DNA from: an archaeon
Lineage (GTDB): Archaea > Nanobdellota > Nanobdellia > Pacearchaeales > GW2011-AR1
NCBI GenBank assembly: GCA_018651605.1
Contig: JABIDS010000013.1
Coordinates: 717-64,716, forward strand
DNA: 64,000 bases
Reading direction: 5' to 3'
Each line of letters begins with the position of its first letter. The first letter of the stretch is position 1. The translations under genes were made by a program, and so were the position numbers. Positions 35,893 to 44,086 of this stretch are shown here, piece after piece. The notes under the pieces are model-generated. The model saw only the letters and a program-made list of their open reading frames with translations, was not told where the DNA came from and did not search any database.

Positions 35893-38544
35893 ATGGTGAA
35901 TTGGCATGTTTTGTCGAGTAAAGAAGTGATTGAAAAATTAGGTTCTGATATGAAGGGACTTAGTTCTAAGGATGTTGATAAGCGGTTGAAGAAGTATGGG
36001 AAGAATGTTCTGAAGAAAAGTGGGCATTTTGATTTTTTGAAAGTTTTTTTAAATCAGTTTAAATCTTTTTTGATTTTGATTTTGATTTTTGCAGGTGTTG
36101 TTTCTTTTTTTATGCATTCGCGGATTGATGCTATTGTTATTTTTGCGATTATTATTTTGAATGCTTTTTTGGGGTTTTTTCAAGAGTATAAGGCTGAGAA
36201 GGCTATTGAAGAATTGAGAAAGATGATGGTTTCTTTTGCAAGGGTTTTGAGAGATGGTAAATTGATTGAGATTGATTCTAAGGGGGTTGTTCCTGGAGAT
36301 ATTTTGATTTTGAGAGAGGGTGATAAGATTGTTGGGGATGCTAGGATTTTGAAGTCAGAGGGTTTGAAGATTAATGAGGCATCTTTGACTGGAGAGAGTG
36401 TTTCTGTTGAGAAGATTGTTAAGAAGCTTGGAGAGAATGTTGCTCTTGCAGATAGGGTGAATATGGTTTATCAGGGTACAGAGGTTGTTGCAGGAAGTGG
36501 TGTTGCTATTGTTGTGAATACTGGAAGGAATAGTGAGTTTGGTAAGATTTCTGAGATGGTGCAAAAGGTTGAGTCTGAGAAGAATCCTTTTAGAGATAAG
36601 CTGGATAAGTTTGCACAGAAGATTGGGATTTTTATTTTGATTTTATCTGGGTTGATTGTTGGTTTGTTGATTTTTGAAGGTGTTGAGGTTTTTCAGTCTT
36701 TTTTGGTTGCAGTTAGTTTGGCTGTTTCTGCTATTCCTGAAGGATTGCCGGCTGTTATTTCTTTGGGTTTGGCTTTTGCTACTCGTAGAATGATTAAGAA
36801 AAATGTTTTAATTAGAAAATTACCTGCGTCTGAAACTTTGGGCAGGGTTACTGTTATTTGTACTGATAAGACTGGGACTTTGACTGAGGAGAAGATGAAG
36901 GTTTCAGATATTTATGTTGATGGGAAATTAAATTTTCCAGGTTCTAAGAATAGTAAGTTGTTGTTTAAGATTGGTGTTTTGTGTAATAATGCTCGGTATG
37001 GTGAGAAAGATGGTAAGAGGGTTTTGATTGGAGATCCTACTGAAAATGCGTTGATTGAAGTTGCTGAAGATAATTTTTTGGATATGGGGAAATTGATTGA
37101 GAATGAGAAAAAGGTTAAGGAGTTTGCTTTTAGTAGTGGAAGGAAGATGATGTCTGTTGTTCGTAAGAATAATAAGGGTTTGGTTTCTTATGTTAAGGGC
37201 GCTCCTGAGAGGATAATTGATAAAAGTAATTATGAGCTTGTTAATGGTGTGAGGGTTAAGTTGGATGAGAAGGGAAGGGAAAGGTTGATGGAGGTTTATA
37301 GAAAAATGGCTAAGAGTGGTTTGAGAGTTTTAGGTTTTGGGTATAAGGAGATAGGGAGTTTATCTAAGGCGGAATCTTTTTTGAAAGATTCCGAGGCCCA
37401 CCCGCCCACCCGCGATTTGATGAGTATCGCTGAAAGTGAATTAATTTTTGTAGGATTTCAAGGAATGATTGATCCTCCTCGGAAAGAGGTTAAGAATGCG
37501 ATTAAATTATGTAATGATGCTGGGATTAAGGTTTTGATGATGACTGGAGATTCTAAGTTGACTGCTGAAGCGATTGCTGAGGATATTGGTTTGAAAGGAG
37601 ATTCAGTAGGTGTTGCTGAATTGCATAGTATGAGTAATGTTGATTTGTTGAAAAGGATTGATGATATTTCTGTTTTTTCAAGAATTACTCCTGAAGATAA
37701 ATTGAGGATTATTAATATTTTGAAAAAGAAGAATGAGATTGTTGCGATGACTGGTGATGGGGTTAATGATGCTTTGGCTTTGAAGAGGGCGGATATTGGG
37801 ATTGCGATGGGGATTCGTGGGACTGATGTTGCTCGGGATTCTTCGGATATTGTTTTGATTGATGATAATTTTGCTTCGATTGTCGAGGGTGTTAGGGAAG
37901 GGAGGACGATTTATGATAATGTTAAGAAGTTTGTTAAGTATTTGTTGTCTGCGAATTTTTCAGAGGTTGTTTTGGTTTTGATTGTTATGTTGATTTGGAG
38001 GGATGCTAGATTTTTGCCATTGTTGCCTTTACAGATTTTATGGATTAATTTGATTACAGATAGTTTGCCTGCTTTGGCTTTGAGTTCTGAAAAAATGGAG
38101 GATGATGTTATGAAGAGAGCGCCTTCTGGTGAGGGAATTTTGAAAGGGATTAAGAGTTTTATTTTTGTTGCAGGTTTGATTGCTGTTTTAATTGGGTTTT
38201 TGTTTTTTTATATGAATAAGGGAGACATGGATTATGCTAGAACTATGGTGGTTTCGTCGTCGATTGTTTTTGAGATGTTTTTGGTTTTTAATTGTAGGAA
38301 TAATGGATTTGTTTTTAGTAATGGTGGTTTTTTTGGAGGTTTGAAGAAGGGAATTTTTGGGAATAAATATTTGATTTATGCTGTTTTGGTTTCTATTGGG
38401 TTGCATGTTTTTGCGATTTATAGTCCTCTTGGTGGTTTGTTTGGGTTTGTTAGGTTGGAGTTGATGGATTGGGTGTGGTTGGTAGGGGTTGGGCTTGTAG
38501 GGTTTGTTGGGGTTGAGGTTTTCAAAGGCTTGAATCGGGGGTGA
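35893..38544 (+). CDS. P-type ATPase, type II (Ca2+/cation-transporting, SERCA/PMCA-like)
   Basis: TGES, PEGLPAV (TM4), DKTGTLT, MTGDSKLTA, TGDGVNDALALKRADIGIAMG; about 10 TM helices. Confidence 0.9.
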   Translation: MVNWHVLSSKEVIEKLGSDMKGLSSKDVDKRLKKYGKNVLKKSGHFDFLKVFLNQFKSFLILILIFAGVVSFFMHSRIDAIVIFAIIILNAFLGFFQEYKAEKAIEELRKMMVSFARVLRDGKLIEIDSKGVVPGDILILREGDKIVGDARILKSEGLKINEASLTGESVSVEKIVKKLGENVALADRVNMVYQGTEVVAGSGVAIVVNTGRNSEFGKISEMVQKVESEKNPFRDKLDKFAQKIGIFILILSGLIVGLLIFEGVEVFQSFLVAVSLAVSAIPEGLPAVISLGLAFATRRMIKKNVLIRKLPASETLGRVTVICTDKTGTLTEEKMKVSDIYVDGKLNFPGSKNSKLLFKIGVLCNNARYGEKDGKRVLIGDPTENALIEVAEDNFLDMGKLIENEKKVKEFAFSSGRKMMSVVRKNNKGLVSYVKGAPERIIDKSNYELVNGVRVKLDEKGRERLMEVYRKMAKSGLRVLGFGYKEIGSLSKAESFLKDSEAHPPTRDLMSIAESELIFVGFQGMIDPPRKEVKNAIKLCNDAGIKVLMMTGDSKLTAEAIAEDIGLKGDSVGVAELHSMSNVDLLKRIDDISVFSRITPEDKLRIINILKKKNEIVAMTGDGVNDALALKRADIGIAMGIRGTDVARDSSDIVLIDDNFASIVEGVREGRTIYDNVKKFVKYLLSANFSEVVLVLIVMLIWRDARFLPLLPLQILWINLITDSLPALALSSEKMEDDVMKRAPSGEGILKGIKSFIFVAGLIAVLIGFLFFYMNKGDMDYARTMVVSSSIVFEMFLVFNCRNNGFVFSNGGFFGGLKKGIFGNKYLIYAVLVSIGLHVFAIYSPLGGLFGFVRLELMDWVWLVGVGLVGFVGVEVFKGLNRG
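37370..37430 (+). repeat. hairpin / C-tract / hairpin block inside the P-type ATPase N-domain loop
   Basis: cggaatcttt-tttg-aaagattccg (37370-37393), gcccacccgcccacccgc (37396-37413), gcgat-ttgatgagt-atcgc (37411-37430). It encodes ...ESFLKDSEAHPPTRDLMSIA... in frame. Confidence 0.55.
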
Positions 38545-38624
38545 GGAGGGTTTAAGTGGAATGGGAGAAAATAACCCAAATCTTTTTATAGTTTATTTCT
38601 TTTTTTAAAGTAGGTGAAAATAAA

Positions 38625-38939
38625 ATGATAAGTTGGATTGTGATGCTGATATTGGTTGTGATAGGAATTTTTGCTATTAAAATGAATCATCTTAAACATC
38701 GGTTGTTTATTATAATGTTGGTTTTGGTTGCTTTGTTTTTGTATTCAAGTATGGCGCTTATAACGACTCAGAATGAATTAAGTTTTGATGATAGTGAGGG
38801 TTTTTTTAATGCTATGAAAGTTTATAATGGGTGGCTTGCGAATGGATTTAGTAATCTTAAGGCTATTACTGGTAATGCTATGAAGATGGATTGGAGTTCT
38901 ACAAATGAAACTTTTTTTGAAGGTTCTGGGGAGGGATGA
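38625..38939 (+). CDS. small membrane protein
   Basis: Two N-terminal hydrophobic helices. TATA-like ctttttatag upstream. Confidence 0.5.
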   Translation: MISWIVMLILVVIGIFAIKMNHLKHRLFIIMLVLVALFLYSSMALITTQNELSFDDSEGFFNAMKVYNGWLANGFSNLKAITGNAMKMDWSSTNETFFEGSGEG

Positions 38940-38942
38940 TGA

Positions 38943-39146
38943 ATGAAAATTTTGATGTTGTTTGTTATTTTTTTGTTGTTTGGGATGTTTTTTATAATTT
39001 CTAATGGGAATCTTCTGTTGAGTAATGCTGATGATAGGGCTGAGTTTTTTGGATTGTATTCTGAATGGATTGATAGTTTGACTGGTAATGGGAAAGGTGT
39101 TGCGGGGCATGTTGTTAAGATGGAATGGTTGCCTGAGAGTGGTTGA
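38943..39146 (+). CDS. small membrane/secreted protein
   Basis: MKILMLFVIFLLFGMFFIIS hydrophobic N-terminus, 3 nt after the upstream stop. Confidence 0.45.
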   Translation: MKILMLFVIFLLFGMFFIISNGNLLLSNADDRAEFFGLYSEWIDSLTGNGKGVAGHVVKMEWLPESG

Positions 39147-39198
39147 TGGTTGGTGTTGGAGGGTAGTTTTATAAATTGTTGTGATGATTATTGTTTGT

Positions 39199-39211
39199 GC
39201 CGCAATAGCTT
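39199..39211 (+). repeat. 13-nt direct duplicate of the tRNA-Thr 5' end
   Basis: gccgcaatagctt occurs at 39199-39211 and again as nt 1-13 of the tRNA at 39278-39290. Confidence 0.85.
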
Positions 39212-39277
39212 TCCCTGCTGGGATGACCTATTTTTCAAATAGGCCTCAGTTGGCGTGAGGTTATATTGTAAGAGTAT

Positions 39278-39351
39278 GCCGCAATAGCTTCAGTTGGTAG
39301 AGCGCTACATTGGTAATGTAGAGGTCCCGAGTTCGATCCTCGGTTGTGGCT
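39278..39351 (+). tRNA. tRNA-Thr (anticodon GGT)
   Basis: Manual cloverleaf. Acceptor gccgcaa/ttgtggc (one G-U). D stem gctt/gagc. Anticodon stem ctaca/tgtag with loop ttGGTaa. Variable loop aggtc. T arm ccgag-ttcgatc-ctcgg. Discriminator t. No encoded CCA. Confidence 0.9.
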
Positions 39352-39431
39352 TTTATTTATTTGGGCAGTTTTAAATTTCTTATTTTCACTATTGAGAAAA
39401 CTTTTAAATAGATTTTTGTAAATTTATAGGA

Positions 39432-39794
39432 ATGATAGATAGATGTAATGTGGAGGAATTAATGAAATATCAAATACCTGCAGTGAAATTAGCTGTGCAA
39501 AGAAATGCTTGGTATTTGGGTGAAGCATCTAAAGGATATGTTTCTGAAGAAATGGCTATGGAGGATTTTTTAGAAAATCATCTTGTGCCTTATTGGGCTG
39601 AAATTTTTAAAGCATTATTTTGTCATTTTAAGTGTGATTATGGTCAGGATTGTTCACTTGCAAGGAATAATGTTAGTTTAGCAAATATGTTTAGGGGAGA
39701 GGTTTATTTAGGAAATATTGATGATATTTTATCTGGTGGTGATGAAACTGAGAAAATTTTTAAGAAATTTAAAGAGATTTCAGATAACAGTTAA
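39432..39794 (+). CDS. hypothetical protein
   Basis: 120-aa ORF with TATA-like cttttaaatag about 25 nt upstream. No motif recognised. Confidence 0.5.
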   Translation: MIDRCNVEELMKYQIPAVKLAVQRNAWYLGEASKGYVSEEMAMEDFLENHLVPYWAEIFKALFCHFKCDYGQDCSLARNNVSLANMFRGEVYLGNIDDILSGGDETEKIFKKFKEISDNS

Positions 39795-39824
39795 TTTTAT
39801 AAGTGTAGTGATGTAGGGTTTTTT

Positions 39825-40316
39825 ATGGTAGCATGTGAAGATTGTTCTGGGTTGAAAGATTTGAAAGATAGATATGGTGTGTTTAGGGGAAAGTATGATT
39901 TGCCTGAGTTTTCTGATTTGAATAGATTGTTTGATGTTGAGGAGATTGATTTTGATAGTGATTTTTTGTTGAGGAAAGTGAGGAGAGTTATTTCTGAAAG
40001 GATTGCTGGTTATTTGAGGTTTGTTGAGGTTATTTTGAATCCAAGTAATGCTCCGATGTTTTTCTTTAAGTTGATTAAGAAATTAGATGAAGGAGATAGG
40101 GAAGTTTTGTCTGAAGTTTATGAGATTCTTGGGAAGTTTGAGATTAGGATTCTTGGATTAGATGTAGATTATTCTGAGGAGAAAGAAGCTGATTTTATTA
40201 AGGATGCTTTTAATGTTTTTGATAATGATGTTAAGAATAAATTTCTGAGTATTATTGGGAAATTTAATAATGGGGATTCTAAGGTTAAGAAGGGTGGGAA
40301 TGGTTATGTTGGGTAG
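39825..40316 (+). CDS. hypothetical protein
   Basis: 163-aa ORF with TATA-like attttataag about 25 nt upstream. Confidence 0.5.
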   Translation: MVACEDCSGLKDLKDRYGVFRGKYDLPEFSDLNRLFDVEEIDFDSDFLLRKVRRVISERIAGYLRFVEVILNPSNAPMFFFKLIKKLDEGDREVLSEVYEILGKFEIRILGLDVDYSEEKEADFIKDAFNVFDNDVKNKFLSIIGKFNNGDSKVKKGGNGYVG

Positions 40317-40320
40317 AAAA

Positions 40321-40366
40321 AATTAATAAAACTGTACTTGATTTTAGACAAGGCGTTTTATTAATT
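40321..40366. repeat. nested hairpin (12-bp perfect outer stem, inner hairpin with attttaga loop)
   Basis: aattaataaaac-tgta-cttg-attttaga-caag-gc-gttttattaatt. Confidence 0.7.
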
Positions 40367-40381
40367 AATTAAAGAATAATC

Positions 40382-40420
40382 AACAAAGCAGTACCTGATT
40401 TTAGACAGGTTTATTTTGTT
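40382..40420. repeat. second nested hairpin sharing the gtacYtgattttagacaRg core
   Basis: aacaaa-gcagt-acctg-attttaga-caggt-ttat-tttgtt. A third long hairpin, cccag(g)aaga...tcttctggg, lies at 40441-40490. Confidence 0.6.
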
Positions 40421-40656
40421 AATTAATTGAGGAATATAAACCCAGGAAGAATCGGTGTCACACAAAAAAGCATGTCCTGACTCTTCTGGGAAAAAGAGGT
40501 GATAGTATAGTTAGTGTTGTGAGGTATTTAAATGTTTCGGTTCTGTTGTAACTTGGAAATGACAGAAGAGTATAGTTGAGATATATATTTGAGGTAGATT
40601 GTTTGTTGTTGTTTAGGGTAGTAGAATTTATAAGTTCTTTTGAGTTAGTTATAAAA

Positions 40657-41847
40657 ATGGGATTTGAGGATTTTTTGCCTTCTGAATTAGCAGAATCTTC
40701 TAATGAAGATTCTGAGTCTAGTCTGCCTGCCAGTGATTTGTTAGATGAGCCGGAGGAGGATTCTGAGAAAATCGGACCTAGTCAGTTTTATGGAATTATC
40801 ACTAGTAATAAACCTGATTGGCAGGTGATTATTTATGATTTGATTCATAGTGAGCAATTGGATCCTTGGGATATTGATATTGTTATTTTGACAAGAAAGT
40901 ATTTTGAGAGAATTTATGAGATTGAGGAGAGTGAAGATGGTGGGATGGATTTTTATGCGTCTAGTAAGGTTTTGTTGGCAGCGTCTTTGCTTTTGAGGAT
41001 TAAATCTGAGTTTTTGTTGAATCGTTCTATTAAAGATATTGATGAGGCGTTGTTTGGTAAAAAGGTAGAAAACCGTCCGGTTATGGAGCGAATTATTGTT
41101 AATGAAGATGAATTGCCTATGTTGATTCCTAAGACGCCTTTGCCGAGGGCTAGGAGGGTTACATTGCCTGAGTTGATGTCTGCCTTGAATAAGGCGATTA
41201 ATACAGAGTCTCGGAGAATTAAGAGAGAGGTTTCTGTTAAGAGGGCTAAGAGGATTTCTGAAATTAATTTGCCAGAGTTTCGGAGGATTGATTTGAAAGA
41301 TAGGATTAAGCAGTTTTATGCAAGGGTTTTGACTTCTATTAAAGGTAAAGCGATTAAACCTGATAGGGATTTTAACAAGATAGGTTATGGTGATTTGATA
41401 GGTAAGGAGAGAGAGGAGAAGATTGCGTGTTTTCTTCCGCTTTTGCATTTGAGTAATAATAAGAAATTGTGGTTGGAGCAGGAGAATCATTTGGAGGAGA
41501 TTTGGGTTTATCTTCACAAGTATTATGAGAATAATCAGAAGGTTTTTTTTAATGATGTTGAAGATGAGTTGGAGGATTTTAATGAAGAGGATTTTGTTGA
41601 GGAAGAGATGTTGAGTGGGTTGGATAAGGCGAGAGTTAAGAGGGAGGAGAAGAAGAGGCTTGCTGAGGAGATTGCTAAGGAATTGGAGGGAGAGTTTGGG
41701 ATAGTTGAGGAGGTTGTTGGTTCTGGAGGAGAGGTTGGTGTTGGTTTAGGGGGTGGCGGTGGGATTGGTTCTGGCGTGGAGGAAGTTGAGAGGTTGGAGA
41801 AAGAAGAAAAGATTGATAAGATTAGTGGGTTTGATGATAATCAATAG
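40657..41847 (+). CDS. scpA: segregation and condensation protein A (kleisin)
   Basis: IIYDLIHSEQLDPWDIDIVILTRKYFERI (archaeal ScpA N-terminal motif). C-terminal winged-helix block EKIACFLPLLHLSNNKKLWLEQENHLEEIWV. Acidic / Gly-rich tail. TATA-like gaatttataag lies about 30 nt upstream of this ATG. The track start at 40576 is TTG in the intergenic region. Confidence 0.8.
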   Translation: MGFEDFLPSELAESSNEDSESSLPASDLLDEPEEDSEKIGPSQFYGIITSNKPDWQVIIYDLIHSEQLDPWDIDIVILTRKYFERIYEIEESEDGGMDFYASSKVLLAASLLLRIKSEFLLNRSIKDIDEALFGKKVENRPVMERIIVNEDELPMLIPKTPLPRARRVTLPELMSALNKAINTESRRIKREVSVKRAKRISEINLPEFRRIDLKDRIKQFYARVLTSIKGKAIKPDRDFNKIGYGDLIGKEREEKIACFLPLLHLSNNKKLWLEQENHLEEIWVYLHKYYENNQKVFFNDVEDELEDFNEEDFVEEEMLSGLDKARVKREEKKRLAEEIAKELEGEFGIVEEVVGSGGEVGVGLGGGGGIGSGVEEVERLEKEEKIDKISGFDDNQ

Positions 41848-41878
41848 GTTTTTAAAGTAAGATTAAATAGATTTCTTT

Positions 41879-42148
41879 ATGATAGAAATAGATATTCGAA
41901 TGAGATATGCGCATAGAGATAGTTATTCTGTTGAATTTTATCCTTCACTTATTGATTCAAGTGGTTTGAGAGTGTTTGGTTTTGAAGCAGTTTTTGAAGG
42001 TTTGAAAGATAAAATTGTTGAATATACTGATATGTTGAAAAGTATGGGCGAGAGGTTTAATATTTGTTTGAGTGGGGATTTTTTGAATTTGGATAAAAGT
42101 CCTTGTGTTAATTTTGTTAAAGGTATTTTGGAAGATAAAGTTGAGTAA
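41879..42148 (+). CDS. hypothetical protein
   Basis: 89-aa ORF with a TATA-like box about 25 nt upstream. It does not look like ScpB. Confidence 0.45.
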   Translation: MIEIDIRMRYAHRDSYSVEFYPSLIDSSGLRVFGFEAVFEGLKDKIVEYTDMLKSMGERFNICLSGDFLNLDKSPCVNFVKGILEDKVE

Positions 42149-42186
42149 TTCTAAATATTTATATAATCTGTTTATTTTGTTTAATT

Positions 42187-43488
42187 ATGGTTAGTGAGAA
42201 AATACAGAGAAAAAGAGAAGATAGAACTAATTCTTTTTCTCTGTCTGTTCAAATCCCAAGAAAATCACGATCTAAAGATCGTGATAATGTTTTCAGGGAT
42301 TTGAACATTATTCGGGCGTATGCATTGAAGAATGCTGTTGAGCATGAGGGTTTGGCTGTTGTTGGAAATGTTGTTCCTGGATTGTTTAATCATGGTTTGA
42401 AAAAAGAAGGTGTTGGAAAGATTATGCCTTTGGTTAAAGATGTTGTTGCAGAGATTAATGGTTTGAGTGTGGAGGAGCAAAAGGTTTTGTTTAAGAAGTA
42501 TGAGGATTTGGTTGGGCATCGTGTGGAGCGTGAGGGTTTACATGCATTGAAAGTTGGACGTAATGGGATTGTTACTCGGTTTTCACCGTCTGCATCTGGA
42601 GGTTTTCATATTGGACATGCTTTGACTGGGAGTTTGTCGTATTTGTATTTTAAAAAATATGGTGGAAAGTTTTATGTTCGGATTGAGGACACTAATCCTG
42701 ATAATAGTTTTAAGGATTCTTATAAAATGATTAAGGAAGATTCTAAATGGTTGTTTGATGGTGATGCTGAGATTGTGATTCAGTCGGAGAGAATGAATTT
42801 GTATTATAAGTATGTTGAGAAGTTGATTAAGAAAGGAAGTGCTTATGTTTGTGAGTGTAGTTCTGAGGAGTTTAAGAAATTTGTCGAGGGAAAGGTTGAT
42901 TGTGGTTGCAGGAGTTCTAGTGTTAAGGAGAATGTTTTGAAGTGGGGACAGATGTTGGATAAGAAGGGTTATGAGGTTGGTGGGGCTGTTTTGAGATTTA
43001 AATCTGATATGACTGATAAGAATCCTGCGATGAGGGATTTTCCTTTGGCTCGAATTAATTTGAATAAACATCCTTTGCAAGGAAAAAAATATAGGGTTTG
43101 GCCTTTGATGAATTTAGCTGTCGCTGTTGATGATATTGAAATGAAGATGACACATATTATTCGGGCGAAGGATCATAGAGATAATGCTTTGCGTCAGAAA
43201 ATGATTTTTGAAGTTTTAGGAAAGAAGTTTCCTTGGACTGGTTTTCTTGGGAGGATTCATTTTAAAGATATGGTTTTGTCGACGAGTGAGATGCGAAATG
43301 GTGTTGAAGACGGGAAGTTTTCAGGGTGGGATGATGTTAAGTTGCCTACTTTGGTTTCCTTGAGAAAGAGAGGATATAATCCGGGAGCTTTTTGGAAATT
43401 TGCTGAACAGATTGGTTTGAATGAGATAGATAAGAAAATGGATAAGAAAGAATTTTTTTTAATGTTGGATGGATTTAATCGAGGGTGA
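42187..43488 (+). CDS. gltX: archaeal-type glutamyl-tRNA synthetase, N-terminal and catalytic domains only (the anticodon-binding domain appears absent)
   Basis: HIGH motif (SGGFHIGHALTG), YVRIEDTNP, WPLMNLAVAVDD, IIRAKDH, LSTSEM (KMSKS equivalent), GWDDVKLPTLVSLRKRGY. The ORF stops right after the ...FAEQIGLNE... region, and the pilin promoter follows. Confidence 0.8.
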   Translation: MVSEKIQRKREDRTNSFSLSVQIPRKSRSKDRDNVFRDLNIIRAYALKNAVEHEGLAVVGNVVPGLFNHGLKKEGVGKIMPLVKDVVAEINGLSVEEQKVLFKKYEDLVGHRVEREGLHALKVGRNGIVTRFSPSASGGFHIGHALTGSLSYLYFKKYGGKFYVRIEDTNPDNSFKDSYKMIKEDSKWLFDGDAEIVIQSERMNLYYKYVEKLIKKGSAYVCECSSEEFKKFVEGKVDCGCRSSSVKENVLKWGQMLDKKGYEVGGAVLRFKSDMTDKNPAMRDFPLARINLNKHPLQGKKYRVWPLMNLAVAVDDIEMKMTHIIRAKDHRDNALRQKMIFEVLGKKFPWTGFLGRIHFKDMVLSTSEMRNGVEDGKFSGWDDVKLPTLVSLRKRGYNPGAFWKFAEQIGLNEIDKKMDKKEFFLMLDGFNRG

Positions 43489-43496
43489 GGGAAATG

Positions 43497-43505
43497 TTTA
43501 TAAAT
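43497..43505 (+). promoter_or_regulatory. TATA-like box of pilin gene 1
   Basis: gaaatgTTTATAAAT. The related gaaatgtttatatatt / gaaatatttatatatt motifs lie upstream of genes 2 and 3. AGGAGG SD at 43561. Confidence 0.45.
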
Positions 43506-43577
43506 GGTTTTATCTTTAGTGAATTAGTTATTATTAATAAATTAAAAAAAGAAGTTTGAAAGGAGGTATGATTTAAT

Positions 43578-43976
43578 ATGAAAAAAGCTCAAGGACAGAT
43601 AATTACGACTATCTTGATCATACTTTTGGTTCTTGCTGCAATTGTTATTGTGTGGCAGGTTGTGAATAGGACTGTTAGTGAAAGTGCTGAAGAGGTTTCT
43701 ACGCAATCAGATTGTATTGGTTCAAGTGTTACTATAGAGAGTGCAACTGGAACTACTGTAAGTGTTAGAAGAAATGCTGGAGGACCTAGCGATGATTTAG
43801 TTCTTTATGCTATTCCTGCTGGACAAAATAAGGCAGAATCTGCTGCAGCTGTTGCTATTGGAAATCTTGGAACTATTACTGTTGGTGCTTTAACTGTAAG
43901 TGATGAAGTTAAGGCTGGTGTTATTTTAGCAGACGGTACTGTATGTAATCCAATTGCTATTGCAGTTGCTTCTTAA
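43578..43976 (+). CDS. archaeal type IV pilin-like protein (class III signal peptide), paralog 1
   Basis: MKKAQGQIITTILIILLVLAAIVIVWQVV has a short basic N-region, an AQG/Q cleavage-type site and a hydrophobic helix without Glu+5. Conserved Cys pair (DCIGS...CNP). Confidence 0.7.
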   Translation: MKKAQGQIITTILIILLVLAAIVIVWQVVNRTVSESAEEVSTQSDCIGSSVTIESATGTTVSVRRNAGGPSDDLVLYAIPAGQNKAESAAAVAIGNLGTITVGALTVSDEVKAGVILADGTVCNPIAIAVAS

Positions 43977-43983
43977 ATCTTAA

Positions 43984-44013
43984 TTTTTATTTTTTTATTT
44001 TTTTATTTTTATT
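43984..44013 (+). terminator. poly-T terminator tract
   Basis: tttttatttttttatttttttatttttatt immediately after the stop. Confidence 0.45.
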
Positions 44014-44030
44014 CTTACTTATTGGAAATG

Positions 44031-44040
44031 TTTATATATT
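44031..44040 (+). promoter_or_regulatory. TATA-like box of pilin gene 2
   Basis: ggaaatgTTTATATATTgatttaccc, with GGAGG at 44074-44078. Confidence 0.45.
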
Positions 44041-44086
44041 GATTTACCCTTTGTAAAGAAAAGGGATTTGAAAGGAGGATGATAAA

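Noticed and set aside
37417-37436. ttGATGAGtatcgcTGAAAg resembles the hammerhead ribozyme core (CUGAUGA ... GAAA).
   Set aside because: Only 7 nt separate the two boxes, so no stem II can form, and no cleavage-site helix or UH site is evident. Most likely a chance match within coding sequence.
39212-39277. Possible second tRNA or tRNA half between the duplicated 13-mer and tRNA-Thr.
   Set aside because: No T-arm (GTTCRANYC-like) or anticodon arm can be drawn. Only a D-arm-like hairpin is present. It is treated as a duplication scar or leader rather than a gene.
40741-41517. 258-aa minus-strand ORF antisense to scpA. Comparable antisense ORFs occur at 42583-43080 (GluRS), 55884-56435 (rhomboid), 11871-12332 and 11119-11463 (copA), 8169-8540, 13930-14361, 21010-21438, 50246-50701 and others.
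   Set aside because: Each lies opposite a gene with strong family motifs. The strong strand compositional skew removes stop codons from the antisense frames. Their translations are low-complexity (N/I/K/Q/R/L-rich) and lack motifs.
41740-41790. G-rich stretch (gggggtggcggtgggattgg) inside the scpA 3' region as another element copy.
   Set aside because: It is G-rich on the + strand, which follows the genomic bias. It has no flanking inverted repeat and simply encodes a Gly-rich linker (GLGGGGGIGSG). Similar Gly-rich tails occur in several + strand genes.
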